Below are positions 1-8,316 of a DNA stretch of 20,000 nucleotides, piece by piece. Under the pieces are notes generated by a model. The model saw only the letters and a list, made by a program, of their open reading frames with translations. It was not told the origin of the DNA and ran no database searches. This DNA is from an uncultured virus (IMG/VR IMGVR_UViG_3300026201_000006) (Duplodnaviria; Heunggongvirae; Uroviricota; Caudoviricetes), in the IMG/VR virus record IMGVR_UViG_3300026201_000006, positions 56,063-76,062 of that record. One strand, given 5' to 3'. Positions within the stretch are counted from its first letter, which is position 1. The number at the start of each line of letters is the position of its first letter. A program made the position numbers and the translations under genes.

Positions 1-3000
1 GGTGCATTAAGCATTGACCTAGATTCAGAGTCACTTACAATCGCAGGTGGTACAGGTATCGACACTGTAGGTAGTGGTAATAGCATTACTGCCTCTATTG
101 ATTCCACTGTTACAACATTAACGGGCTCCCAAACATTAACAAATAAAACATTAACAAGTCCAGTATTAAATACAGGAATTTCTGGTACTGCAATTAAAGA
201 TGAAGATGATATGGCTAGTGATTCAGCTACTCATCTTGCTACGCAGCAATCAATTAAAGCATATGTTGATGCTCAAGTAGATACAGCCGATGCATTAAGT
301 GAATTAGCCGATACAACTATAACATCTCCAGCAGATGGTTCAATGTTATTATATGACACTGGTAATTCTGTTTGGATTGATAATGTCATGTCAGGCGATG
401 CTACTCTAGCTGATACAGGTGCAATTACTCTTGCTACAGTTAATTCAAACGTAGGTTCATTTGGTTCTACAACAGCAATTCCAGTTATTACGGTTAATGC
501 TAAAGGTTTAATTACAGCAGCGAGTACTGCGTCTATTACAACATCATTAACGGTTGGAGCTGATTCAGGTTCTGATGATACAGTAGCTCTTGCCACTGAT
601 ACATTAAACTTTACTGGTGGAACAGGTATTGATACAACAGTATCTGATAATGACATCTCGATTGCTATTGATTCTACTGTTGCTACATTAACAGGTACAC
701 AAACATTAACGAATAAAACACTAACCAATCCTACTATTGCTAGTATTAATGGAAACGTTACGATTGGTGGTAACTTAACAGTATCAGGAACACAAACAAC
801 TGTTTCATCGACTACTGTTAATGTTGCAGATCCAATGTTATCATTAGCTACAAATAATGATTCTGCAGATGCAGTTGACATAGGTTTCTATGGTTTATAT
901 GATACAAGCGGTTCACAAGATTTATACTCAGGTCTATTTAGAGATGCATCAGATTCTGGTAAGTGGAAACTATATAAGGATTCACAAGCCGAACCAACTA
1001 CTACAGTTAATGTAAGTGCTACTGGCCATACGACTGGTACATTAGTTGCTAACCTTGAAGGTAATGTAACTGGTGATTTAACGGGTGATGTTACAGGTGA
1101 TGTAACAGGAAATGTATCTGGTACAGCAGCTACAGTTACAGGTGCTGCACAAACTGCTATTACTTCATTAGGTACATTAACAGCGTTAGATGTTGATAAT
1201 ATTAACATTAATGGAAATACTATTTCATCTACTGCGGGTACAGATTTAAATATTACTCCACTCGCTGGACAACAAATTGTATTAGATGGTGCAATTAATG
1301 TTGATGCAGGTGTAGTTACGGGTGCTACAAGTATTACATCAACAGCATTTGTTGGTGATTTAACAGGTGATGTAACAGGTGACGTAACTGGAAATGCAGA
1401 TACAGCAACTACATTAGCAACTGCAAGAACAATTGCGGGTCAAAGCTTTAATGGTTCTGCTGATATTACAATTGCTTCAACTGATTTATCTAATACGAGT
1501 GCTATTACTTTAAATACAGCTTCACAAACATTAACAAATAAAACATTAACTTCACCTGTTCTAAATACAGGAGTAAGTGGTACAGCTATATTAGATGAAG
1601 ATGATATGTCTAGTGATTCTGCTACTCAACTAGCAACACAGCAATCAATTAAAGCTTATGTAGACTCTCAAGTTACTGCTCAAGACTTAGACTTTGCTGC
1701 CGACAGCGGTGGTTCATTATCAATTGATTTAGATAGTGAAGCATTAACATTTACTGGTGGTACAGGTATTGATACATCAGGCTCTGGAAACGCTGTTACA
1801 TTTGCTATCGACTCAACAGTTACTACATTAACAGGCACACAGACATTAACTAATAAGACATTAACTAGTCCAACAGTAACTTCACCAGTATTAAATACGG
1901 GTGTTAGTGGTTCAGCAGTTAAAGATGAAGATGATATGTCATCAAATAGTGCTACTCATCTTGCTACTCAACAATCTATTAAGGCATATGTTGATGCACA
2001 AACTACAGACGAAACTGCTGAGGGTTCAAATAACTTATACTACACAGAGGAAAGAGTTGATGATCGTGTAAGTGCATTGATTGTTGGTGGTACAAACGTA
2101 ACTGCAACATATGATGATGCTAATAATAGATTAACAATATCAGCAACAACGGGTGCAAGTGGTTATGATCTAGCTGCTAACGATACAGATGACCTTAGTG
2201 AAGGTTCAGCTAACTTATACTTCACAGACGAGAGAGCACAAGATGCTGCAGGTGCTCAAATTGCTACTAATGGTTCACACACAAATATCACAGCAACATA
2301 TGATGATAATGGTGATGGTGCAATAGATCTATCAATTACAGATGCTGTTATTAGAGGTAAGGTAAGTGTTACCGATGCTGGTGGTGATGGTTCATTAGCT
2401 TATAATAATTCTACCGGTGTAATAACTTATACTGGTCCAAGTGCTGCAGAAGCCAGAGCACATATTAGTGTTACTGATTCTGGAGGTGATGGTTCATTAG
2501 CTTACAATAATTCTACTGGTGTTATTACATATACAGGGCCAAGTGCTGCTGAAGTACGGGCTCATTTAAGTGCTGGCACGGGTGTTACATATTCAGGTGG
2601 TGCAATATCTATTGGACAATCAGTTGCTACCGATGCTGATGTAACGTTTGATGATGTAGTTGTTAGTGGTAACCTTACAGTTAATGGTACTACAACAACA
2701 GCCGCTTCGACAAACACTGTTATTACTGATAAGTTAATCGAACTTGGTAATGGTCAAACTGGTTCACCATCAGGTGATTTAGGTTTAGTATTTGAACGTG
2801 GTTCATCAGATAATGCCTTTATCGGATTTGATGAGAGTGCAGATAAATTTATAGTTGGTACAGGATCATTTACAGGTGCTTCAACCGGTAACTTAACAAT
2901 TACAACTGGTACTATGGTTGCTAACCTTGAAGGTGCAACTGCAAGTCTTACTGGTAATATAACAGTAGGTGGTACGGTTGACGGACGTGATGTTGCTGCA

Positions 3001-3822
3001 GATGGTACAAAACTAGATGGCATTGAATCTGCTGCAACCGCAGACCAAACTGGTGCTGAGATTAAAGCATTATATGAGGCAGAAACCTCAGCCTTTACAG
3101 ATGCGCAATTTACTAAGCTAGCAAATATCGAAGCTAATGCTGATGTAACAGATGCAACAAATGTTAATGCTGCTGGTGCAGTTATGTTATCAGATACAAC
3201 AACTTCTGGAATGGGATTTGTTGTTGATGAAGATAATATGGCGTCAGATTCTGCTACTAAATTAGCAACACAACAATCAATTAAAGCATATGTAGATGCA
3301 CGTGAAGCTGCAATTACAACTGCATATACTGCCGCTGATGCAACACAAGATCATTTATCAGAAATGGGCGGTACATTAGATGATATTGATAATGGTACAA
3401 CACACGTTAAAAGTACTAATGACTTTACAGATGCTGCACTAGCAAAACTAGGTGGTATTGAAGCATTAGCAGATGTCACGGATGCTACAAATGTAGAAGC
3501 TGCTGGCGCGGTAATGGAATCAGGTGCTAACGCATCTGCGAAGATACCTTCAGGAACTACAGCACAGAGAGATGGATCTCCAAGTGCTGGTTTCTTTAGA
3601 TGGAATACAACAACTTCAAGTGCGGAAATCTATGATGGAAGTGAGTGGGGATTAGTTGGTGGTGGAAACACTACAGGAAAGGTTATGTGGGAACACAGTT
3701 ATACAGTTGCAGAAGATTATGAAATAACTTCTGGTAACAACGCGTTAACTGCTGGACCAATAACCATTAACTCAGGCTATTCAGTGACGGTCCCTAGCGG
3801 ATCTACTTGGGTAGTGGTTTAA
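1..3822 (+). CDS. Large repetitive tail fibre / virion structural protein, 5'-truncated (over 1270 aa)
   Basis: Frame 1 is open from base 1 (GALSIDLDSESLTIAGGTGIDT...), and the Met at 211 lies inside a repeated DEDDM motif, so the true start is upstream of the window. Thr/Gly/Ala/Asp-rich with no Cys. Carries QTLTNKTLTSP, GDVTGDVTGN and TDDLSEGSxNLYFT motifs, a C-terminal PSGTTAQR...RWNTTT..EIYDG.EW motif and an ending GPITINSG..VTVPSGSTWVVV, all of which I recognise from aquatic phage fibre-like proteins. Confidence 0.8.
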   Translation, partial: GALSIDLDSESLTIAGGTGIDTVGSGNSITASIDSTVTTLTGSQTLTNKTLTSPVLNTGISGTAIKDEDDMASDSATHLATQQSIKAYVDAQVDTADALSELADTTITSPADGSMLLYDTGNSVWIDNVMSGDATLADTGAITLATVNSNVGSFGSTTAIPVITVNAKGLITAASTASITTSLTVGADSGSDDTVALATDTLNFTGGTGIDTTVSDNDISIAIDSTVATLTGTQTLTNKTLTNPTIASINGNVTIGGNLTVSGTQTTVSSTTVNVADPMLSLATNNDSADAVDIGFYGLYDTSGSQDLYSGLFRDASDSGKWKLYKDSQAEPTTTVNVSATGHTTGTLVANLEGNVTGDLTGDVTGDVTGNVSGTAATVTGAAQTAITSLGTLTALDVDNININGNTISSTAGTDLNITPLAGQQIVLDGAINVDAGVVTGATSITSTAFVGDLTGDVTGDVTGNADTATTLATARTIAGQSFNGSADITIASTDLSNTSAITLNTASQTLTNKTLTSPVLNTGVSGTAILDEDDMSSDSATQLATQQSIKAYVDSQVTAQDLDFAADSGGSLSIDLDSEALTFTGGTGIDTSGSGNAVTFAIDSTVTTLTGTQTLTNKTLTSPTVTSPVLNTGVSGSAVKDEDDMSSNSATHLATQQSIKAYVDAQTTDETAEGSNNLYYTEERVDDRVSALIVGGTNVTATYDDANNRLTISATTGASGYDLAANDTDDLSEGSANLYFTDERAQDAAGAQIATNGSHTNITATYDDNGDGAIDLSITDAVIRGKVSVTDAGGDGSLAYNNSTGVITYTGPSAAEARAHISVTDSGGDGSLAYNNSTGVITYTGPSAAEVRAHLSAGTGVTYSGGAISIGQSVATDADVTFDDVVVSGNLTVNGTTTTAASTNTVITDKLIELGNGQTGSPSGDLGLVFERGSSDNAFIGFDESADKFIVGTGSFTGASTGNLTITTGTMVANLEGATASLTGNITVGGTVDGRDVAADGTKLDGIESAATADQTGAEIKALYEAETSAFTDAQFTKLANIEANADVTDATNVNAAGAVMLSDTTTSGMGFVVDEDNMASDSATKLATQQSIKAYVDAREAAITTAYTAADATQDHLSEMGGTLDDIDNGTTHVKSTNDFTDAALAKLGGIEALADVTDATNVEAAGAVMESGANASAKIPSGTTAQRDGSPSAGFFRWNTTTSSAEIYDGSEWGLVGGGNTTGKVMWEHSYTVAEDYEITSGNNALTAGPITINSGYSVTVPSGSTWVVV
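769..1062 (+). repeat. 98-aa (294 bp) module shared with 5211-5504; more divergent copy at about 2668-2934
   Basis: GNLTVSGT..VSSTT..VADP.LSLATNN.SADAVDIG.YGLYDTSGSQDLY.G.FRDASDSGKWK..KD.QAEPTTTVN...GTLVANLEG occurs colinearly and without gaps in both fibre genes. Confidence 0.9.
2365..2568 (+). repeat. Tandem 102-bp (34-aa) repeat, 2 copies
   Basis: SVTD(A/S)GGDGSLAYNNSTGVITYTGPSAAE(A/V)RAH(I/L) at 2365-2466 and 2467-2568. Confidence 0.95.
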
Positions 3823-3827
3823 TTTTT

Positions 3828-3832
3828 AGGAG
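3828..3832 (+). promoter_or_regulatory. Shine-Dalgarno AGGAG for the 3840 gene
   Basis: AGGAG lies 7 nt upstream of the ATG at 3840. Confidence 0.8.
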
Positions 3833-3839
3833 ACGATAA

Positions 3840-6131
3840 ATGTCAAAGATAAAAATTCAGGGTGATTCAGGCGGAACTGGTGTATTTACATTAACTTCTC
3901 CTAATTCAAATACTGATAGAACAATAACTCTACCGGACGACGCCGGTACGATTGTAACTTCAGCACAATCTGATGCTTCCGGTTATTCTTGGTTAATTGA
4001 CGAAGATAACATGGCATCTAACCTTGCCACGAAGGTACCATCGCAACAATCCGTCAAAGCTTACGTTGATGCACAAATTGGCGCTGAGAATACTCTTGCC
4101 GAAGATAACGATGTAAATATCACATCTGCCGCCGATGGATCTATGTTGTTATATGACACAGGAACATCAATGTGGATCGACAATGTGATGTCTGGTGATG
4201 CTACAATGACAGATGGTGGTGTAATAACACTAGGCGCAGATGTTATTGATGGTACTCATCTAGCAGATAACGCAGTTAACTCAGAGCATATCACCGCCGG
4301 TTCTATCGATACGGCTCATATTGCTGCAGATCAGATTGTTGCTTCATTGATTGCAGATGATGTTATTAACTCAGAGCATATCGTTGCAGATTCAATTGAT
4401 GCTGAGCATTTAGCTCCAAACTCTATTAATACTGATGCTATTATTGATGATGCAGTACGCACAGCACATATTCAAGATGCAAATGTAACATTAGCAAAGA
4501 TTGCTTCTCAAGCTGCTAACACAGTTATAGTAAGAGATGCAAATAGTTCTGGTGTTCTTTCAGCTAAAGCTGTTGCAGATACTCAAATACTAATTGGTGA
4601 TGGCACTGGATTTACTGCTGCTTCACTAAGTGGTGATGTAACAATGACTAATGCGGGTGTAACAAACATTAGTGCTGATGTAATTACTGGTGCAGAAATT
4701 GCTGATGATTCGATCAATAGTGAACACTATGTTGATGGTTCAATCGACACGGCTCACATTGCTGCAGATCAAATCACAAACGCTTTGATGGCAGATGATG
4801 CAATTGACACAGCTCAGATAGCAGATGGTGCGGTTGATACTGCTCGTCTAGCTGCTGATGCGGTAGATGGAACTAAGATTGCTGATGATTCAATTAACTC
4901 AGAGCACTATGTAGATGGTTCAATTGACACTGCACATATAGCAGCTGATCAAATTACATCTGCATTGATTGCTGACGCTCAAATTGATAGTGAGCATCTA
5001 GTTGCAGGTTCAGTTGATAACTCACACTTAAGTGGTTCAATTGCTAACGCTAAACTTGCTAACTCAACTATTACTGTAAGTGATGGTTCAAACTCAACAG
5101 CCACAGCTCTCGGTGGTACAGTTACTTTCGCCGGAACTGCCAACGAGGTTACAGTTGCTGAGTCTTCAGGAACAATCACAGTCGGTCTACCAGATAATGT
5201 AACAATTGCTGGTAACCTAACAGTATCTGGTACGAACACTTCAGTTAGCTCAACAACAATCGAAGTTGCTGATCCACTATTATCACTAGCTACCAACAAT
5301 GGTTCGGCTGATGCAGTGGATATTGGTCTATACGGATTGTATGATACATCAGGTTCACAAGACCTTTATGGTGGTATCTTTAGAGATGCTTCTGATTCAG
5401 GTAAGTGGAAGATCTTTAAAGACAACCAAGCTGAGCCTACTACAACAGTTAATACTTCTGGTACTGGCTATGCAGTTGGTACTTTAGTTGCTAACTTAGA
5501 AGGTGATGTTACGGGTGCAGTTACAGGTAATGCTGATACAGCAACTTTAGCAACTACTGTTACAATTACTGCAAATAACTCTACTGATGAGACTGTTTAT
5601 CCAGTATTTGTTGATGGTGCTACAGGTACACAAGGTCTTGAAAGTGATACTGGATTAGCGTATAATCCTTCATCAGGTAACTTGACAATTGGTGGTACGG
5701 TTGACGGACGTGACTTAGCCACTGACGGTAGTAAGCTAGATGGTATTGAGTCTGGTGCAACAGCTGATCAAACAAACGCTGAGATACGTGCAGCGGTTGA
5801 AGCTGCTTCGGATTCAAATGTGTTTACTGACGCTGATCATACTAAGCTAGATGGTATAGAAGCTTCTGCTACAGCTGACCAAACTGATGCTGAAATTAGA
5901 GCAGCGGTTGAAGCAGCGACGGACAGTAATGTATTCACAGATGCAGACCACACTAAACTAAATGGTATTGAAGCTTCTGCAACGGCTGACCAAACAGCTG
6001 CAGAAATCTTAACTGCTATTAAGACAGTTGATGGTGCTTCTTCAGGTTTAGATGCTGACTTACTAGATGGTCAACACGGTTCTCATTACCGTATAGATAT
6101 CTACAACGCTGCAGGTTCATTACTTAACTAA
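3840..6131 (+). CDS. Second repetitive tail fibre-like structural protein (763 aa)
   Basis: Good RBS. N-terminal SGGTGVFTLTSPNSNTDRTITLPD, decapeptide IADDxIxxxH repeats, 37-aa repeats and a C-terminal SGLDADLLDG motif typical of phage fibres. Shares several modules with the upstream gene. Confidence 0.8.
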   Translation: MSKIKIQGDSGGTGVFTLTSPNSNTDRTITLPDDAGTIVTSAQSDASGYSWLIDEDNMASNLATKVPSQQSVKAYVDAQIGAENTLAEDNDVNITSAADGSMLLYDTGTSMWIDNVMSGDATMTDGGVITLGADVIDGTHLADNAVNSEHITAGSIDTAHIAADQIVASLIADDVINSEHIVADSIDAEHLAPNSINTDAIIDDAVRTAHIQDANVTLAKIASQAANTVIVRDANSSGVLSAKAVADTQILIGDGTGFTAASLSGDVTMTNAGVTNISADVITGAEIADDSINSEHYVDGSIDTAHIAADQITNALMADDAIDTAQIADGAVDTARLAADAVDGTKIADDSINSEHYVDGSIDTAHIAADQITSALIADAQIDSEHLVAGSVDNSHLSGSIANAKLANSTITVSDGSNSTATALGGTVTFAGTANEVTVAESSGTITVGLPDNVTIAGNLTVSGTNTSVSSTTIEVADPLLSLATNNGSADAVDIGLYGLYDTSGSQDLYGGIFRDASDSGKWKIFKDNQAEPTTTVNTSGTGYAVGTLVANLEGDVTGAVTGNADTATLATTVTITANNSTDETVYPVFVDGATGTQGLESDTGLAYNPSSGNLTIGGTVDGRDLATDGSKLDGIESGATADQTNAEIRAAVEAASDSNVFTDADHTKLDGIEASATADQTDAEIRAAVEAATDSNVFTDADHTKLNGIEASATADQTAAEILTAIKTVDGASSGLDADLLDGQHGSHYRIDIYNAAGSLLN
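4233..5063 (+). repeat. Two blocks of 10-aa repeats (consensus xADDxIxxxH/xxxGSIDTAH) with a 60-aa higher-order repeat
   Basis: Blocks at about 4233-4505 and 4671-5063. IADDSINSEHYVDGSIDTAHIAADQIT is identical at 4698 and 4878, 180 bp apart. Confidence 0.9.
5733..6008 (+). repeat. Tandem 111-bp (37-aa) repeat, about 2.5 copies
   Basis: KL(D/N)GIExxATADQTxAEIRAAVEAAxDSNVFTDADHT units start at 5733, 5844 and 5955. Confidence 0.95.
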
Positions 6132-6143
6132 TAAGTAAAATTC

Positions 6144-6165
6144 TAAGGGCTCTTCGGAGCCCTTA
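6144..6165. terminator. Perfect 9-bp stem hairpin with cUUCGg tetraloop; likely intrinsic terminator, possibly bidirectional
   Basis: TAAGGGCTC-TTCG-GAGCCCTTA, 12 nt after the fibre stop codon. cUUCGg hairpins are characteristic of T4-like intergenic regions. The U-tract is weak on + and slightly better on - (GAAUUUUACUU). Confidence 0.75.
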
Positions 6166-6171
6166 TAAATA
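6164..6171 (+). promoter_or_regulatory. T4-type late promoter TATAAATA
   Basis: Exact T4 gp55 late consensus in the short intergenic gap, 5 nt before ATG 6177. Confidence 0.75.
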
Positions 6172-6176
6172 TTGTT

Positions 6177-7613
6177 ATGAATTATCCAAGTGAAACTTTT
6201 TGTGCTCTTCCATGGGTACACCTCTCAACAAGACCAAACGGACACATGCGCGTATGTTGTACAGCTAACGCTTCCGGTGTTCAGAATCCAGACTCTCAAG
6301 ATAAGATAGAATCAGACATTGGCATTCTAAAGAATGATGATGGTATGCCTTCTAATCTTGCCAATACATCATTAGAATCAGCATGGAATAATGCTTATAT
6401 GAGAGGTACACGTAAAGCAATGATGCGTGGTGAGAAACCTAATAGTTGTATTAAGTGTTACAAAGAGGAAGATGCAGGACATAGATCTAAGAGGATGTGG
6501 GAGACCACAAAATGGATTAATAAATTAGGTTTAGAGTCAGTATTAGAAGGTTACGATCCAGAGACTGGTTCAGTACCACCACAAATCCGATACGTGGATC
6601 TTCGCCTTGGGTCTAAGTGTCAGTTAGCCTGTGTTATGTGTTCACCGAACGATTCTTCGGGTTGGATTGTAGAACATAAAAAAATACATCCTAAATTAAA
6701 GAATGAAAATTTAGAAAAAACAATGCGTTGGGAGAAGGAGACAGGTAAGTTAGCCTTCGTAGGTGCAAGTTATGCATGGCATAAAAAGAATCCTATGTTC
6801 TTTGATGAACTATACGAACAAATACCTAAACTAAAACAATTGTATTGGGCAGGTGGTGAACCACTTGTAATGAAAGAACATTATGAATTATTAGAGCAAA
6901 TCATTGAAGATGGTTATGCTAGCGAGATTGAAGTGAGATATAACTCAAACGGAATGGAGTGGGACGACAACTTGTTCGATTTATGGAAGCATTTTAAGGA
7001 AGTTATATTTCATTTCTCTATTGATGATATGGGAGATAGGTTGCATTATATAAGATATCCTGCAACATTCGACCATCTCACTGAAAAAATGAGGGAGTTA
7101 GATAACTATCCTCATGGAAACCTTAGGCTTACAACAGCTTATACTATACAACTACTCAACATATGGTCTATACCAGATTTCGTTAAATGGAAATTAACAA
7201 ATAAATGGAAGCTGTTAAATACATGGCCTCAGGGTGGAGGTATGATTGATAACCATCTGGCATATTGGCCGCCTCAATTAAATTGTAAAGCGTTGCCATT
7301 AGATTTTAAGAAGAAGGTTACTGAAAAGTATGAGGCTTTCTATCCATGGTTAGAAGAGAACTGGGAATTATCTGGTGCACCAACAAAAGAAGCTTTCATG
7401 GAAAACAATTATACTATTGATAGACTTAAAGGTATTGCCTCATTCATGAATGCAGAAGATTGGTCTGTACGATTACCTGAGACTGCTGAATGGTGTTATC
7501 GTGTTGCAGAAGAAAGAGGACAAGATTTTAATGCAATCTTCCCAGAACTATCTTGGCTTCAAGACTATCATAAACCAAACAATGACTTTCCGCTAGTAAT
7601 TAATACTGTTTAA
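6177..7613 (+). CDS. Radical SAM protein with N-terminal twitch-type Fe-S domain (rSAM-1)
   Basis: N-terminal CALPW...G.MRVCC...CIKC; CQLACVMC (CxxxCxxC); GGEP motif; YNSNG and FSID strands. Confidence 0.9.
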   Translation: MNYPSETFCALPWVHLSTRPNGHMRVCCTANASGVQNPDSQDKIESDIGILKNDDGMPSNLANTSLESAWNNAYMRGTRKAMMRGEKPNSCIKCYKEEDAGHRSKRMWETTKWINKLGLESVLEGYDPETGSVPPQIRYVDLRLGSKCQLACVMCSPNDSSGWIVEHKKIHPKLKNENLEKTMRWEKETGKLAFVGASYAWHKKNPMFFDELYEQIPKLKQLYWAGGEPLVMKEHYELLEQIIEDGYASEIEVRYNSNGMEWDDNLFDLWKHFKEVIFHFSIDDMGDRLHYIRYPATFDHLTEKMRELDNYPHGNLRLTTAYTIQLLNIWSIPDFVKWKLTNKWKLLNTWPQGGGMIDNHLAYWPPQLNCKALPLDFKKKVTEKYEAFYPWLEENWELSGAPTKEAFMENNYTIDRLKGIASFMNAEDWSVRLPETAEWCYRVAEERGQDFNAIFPELSWLQDYHKPNNDFPLVINTV

Positions 7614-8277
7614 AAGCCCAGTATTTCTCTTTACACCACCAACATTTCTTACATGGTTTAGTAAAGTTTTTTGTTTCATCTGCCTGGCCTTCACAAGATC
7701 TTGTTAAAGGAAATAAACCTTTCATTAAACCTTCCGATTCAAAACAACGGGCTACCCAAGCTTTATCATGATTTTGAAATGGTTTTTCAGGATGATATCT
7801 TTTTGCACCATCTCTATAAGCAGGTCTATCATCAGTATATAAATCATGTTCTATCATAACAGGTCTAGATGGGTTTTTAGTAACAAATCCGTAACACTCT
7901 TTTAATTTGTATTTCTTTTTATTATCATCAAATACTTTCTGCCATTGATCGTTATCAATTCTTAAACCATCTTTAGGTGGAGTATCTACAATAATATGTT
8001 GAAACTTCTGAGTCTTTGTTAATTTTAATTCTTTTTCAACCCATGTCATAACTTTTTTAGCGTGGGTAACATTCCAATCTTTAGCAGGTTTACCCTTTTT
8101 AGGATTATCATCTGCGTCTCTTTTCCATGTAGCTACAACAATTTTATTCTTTAGTTTATTTTCTTTAATATGTTTAGCTATAGTATATAATCCTAATGCT
8201 GAATCAAGTCCGCCAGATACCCACAAAAGTAAATTTCCAGTCTTTGGTATTTCTATTTTAGTAGTCTTATAATTCAT
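7600..8277 (-). CDS. QueC-like PP-loop ATPase with C-terminal 4-Cys metal site (paralog A)
   Basis: SGGLDS PP-loop near the N-terminus; TRSC-x13-CKKCWWC at the C-terminus; lacks the QueC VPxRN and YPDC motifs. Confidence 0.8.
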   Translation of the reverse strand: MNYKTTKIEIPKTGNLLLWVSGGLDSALGLYTIAKHIKENKLKNKIVVATWKRDADDNPKKGKPAKDWNVTHAKKVMTWVEKELKLTKTQKFQHIIVDTPPKDGLRIDNDQWQKVFDDNKKKYKLKECYGFVTKNPSRPVMIEHDLYTDDRPAYRDGAKRYHPEKPFQNHDKAWVARCFESEGLMKGLFPLTRSCEGQADETKNFTKPCKKCWWCKEKYWAFKQY

Positions 8278-8284
8278 ATAAATA
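8277..8284 (+). promoter_or_regulatory. T4-type late promoter TATAAATA for the 8316-20000+ operon
   Basis: Exact consensus in the 38-nt divergent intergenic gap. Confidence 0.7.
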
Positions 8285-8308
8285 ATAATAAATTGATTAA
8301 CATAAGTT

Positions 8309-8316
8309 TATTTATA
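8309..8316 (-). promoter_or_regulatory. T4-type late promoter TATAAATA (minus strand) for the inverted QueC-like gene
   Basis: TATTTATA on + at 8309-8316, correctly oriented 31 nt upstream of the minus-strand ATG at 8277. Confidence 0.7.

Larger units (their letters stand above)
199..4070 (+). repeat. Dispersed 24-aa module DEDxMxSxxAT.xxxQQSxKAYVD, 5 copies (199-270, 1594-1665, 1924-1995, 3226-3297, 3999-4070)
   Basis: Visible in the translations: four copies in gene 1 and one in gene 2. The region 1-270 is also a longer imperfect duplicate of 1711-1995. Confidence 0.9.

Noticed and set aside
211..213. ATG at 211 as the start of the first fibre gene
   Set aside because: The frame is open from base 1 with the same repeat modules, and this Met is internal to the DEDDM motif.
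769..5504. Duplicated fibre modules as a diversity-generating retroelement template/variable repeat pair
   Set aside because: Differences are mostly synonymous or conservative rather than adenine-specific, both copies are internal coding sequence, and no reverse transcriptase is present.
273..5817. Minus-strand and alternative-frame ORFs inside the fibre genes (273-881, 888-1208, 2754-3023, 4979-5299, 5299-5487, 5620-5817)
   Set aside because: Shadow ORFs caused by biased Thr/Gly/Ala/Asp codon usage; they lie wholly within convincing genes and have no motifs.
2365..6008. Tandem repeats as a CRISPR array or non-coding repeat
   Set aside because: Units are in-frame multiples of three (102 and 111 bp), vary at synonymous sites and have no unique spacers.
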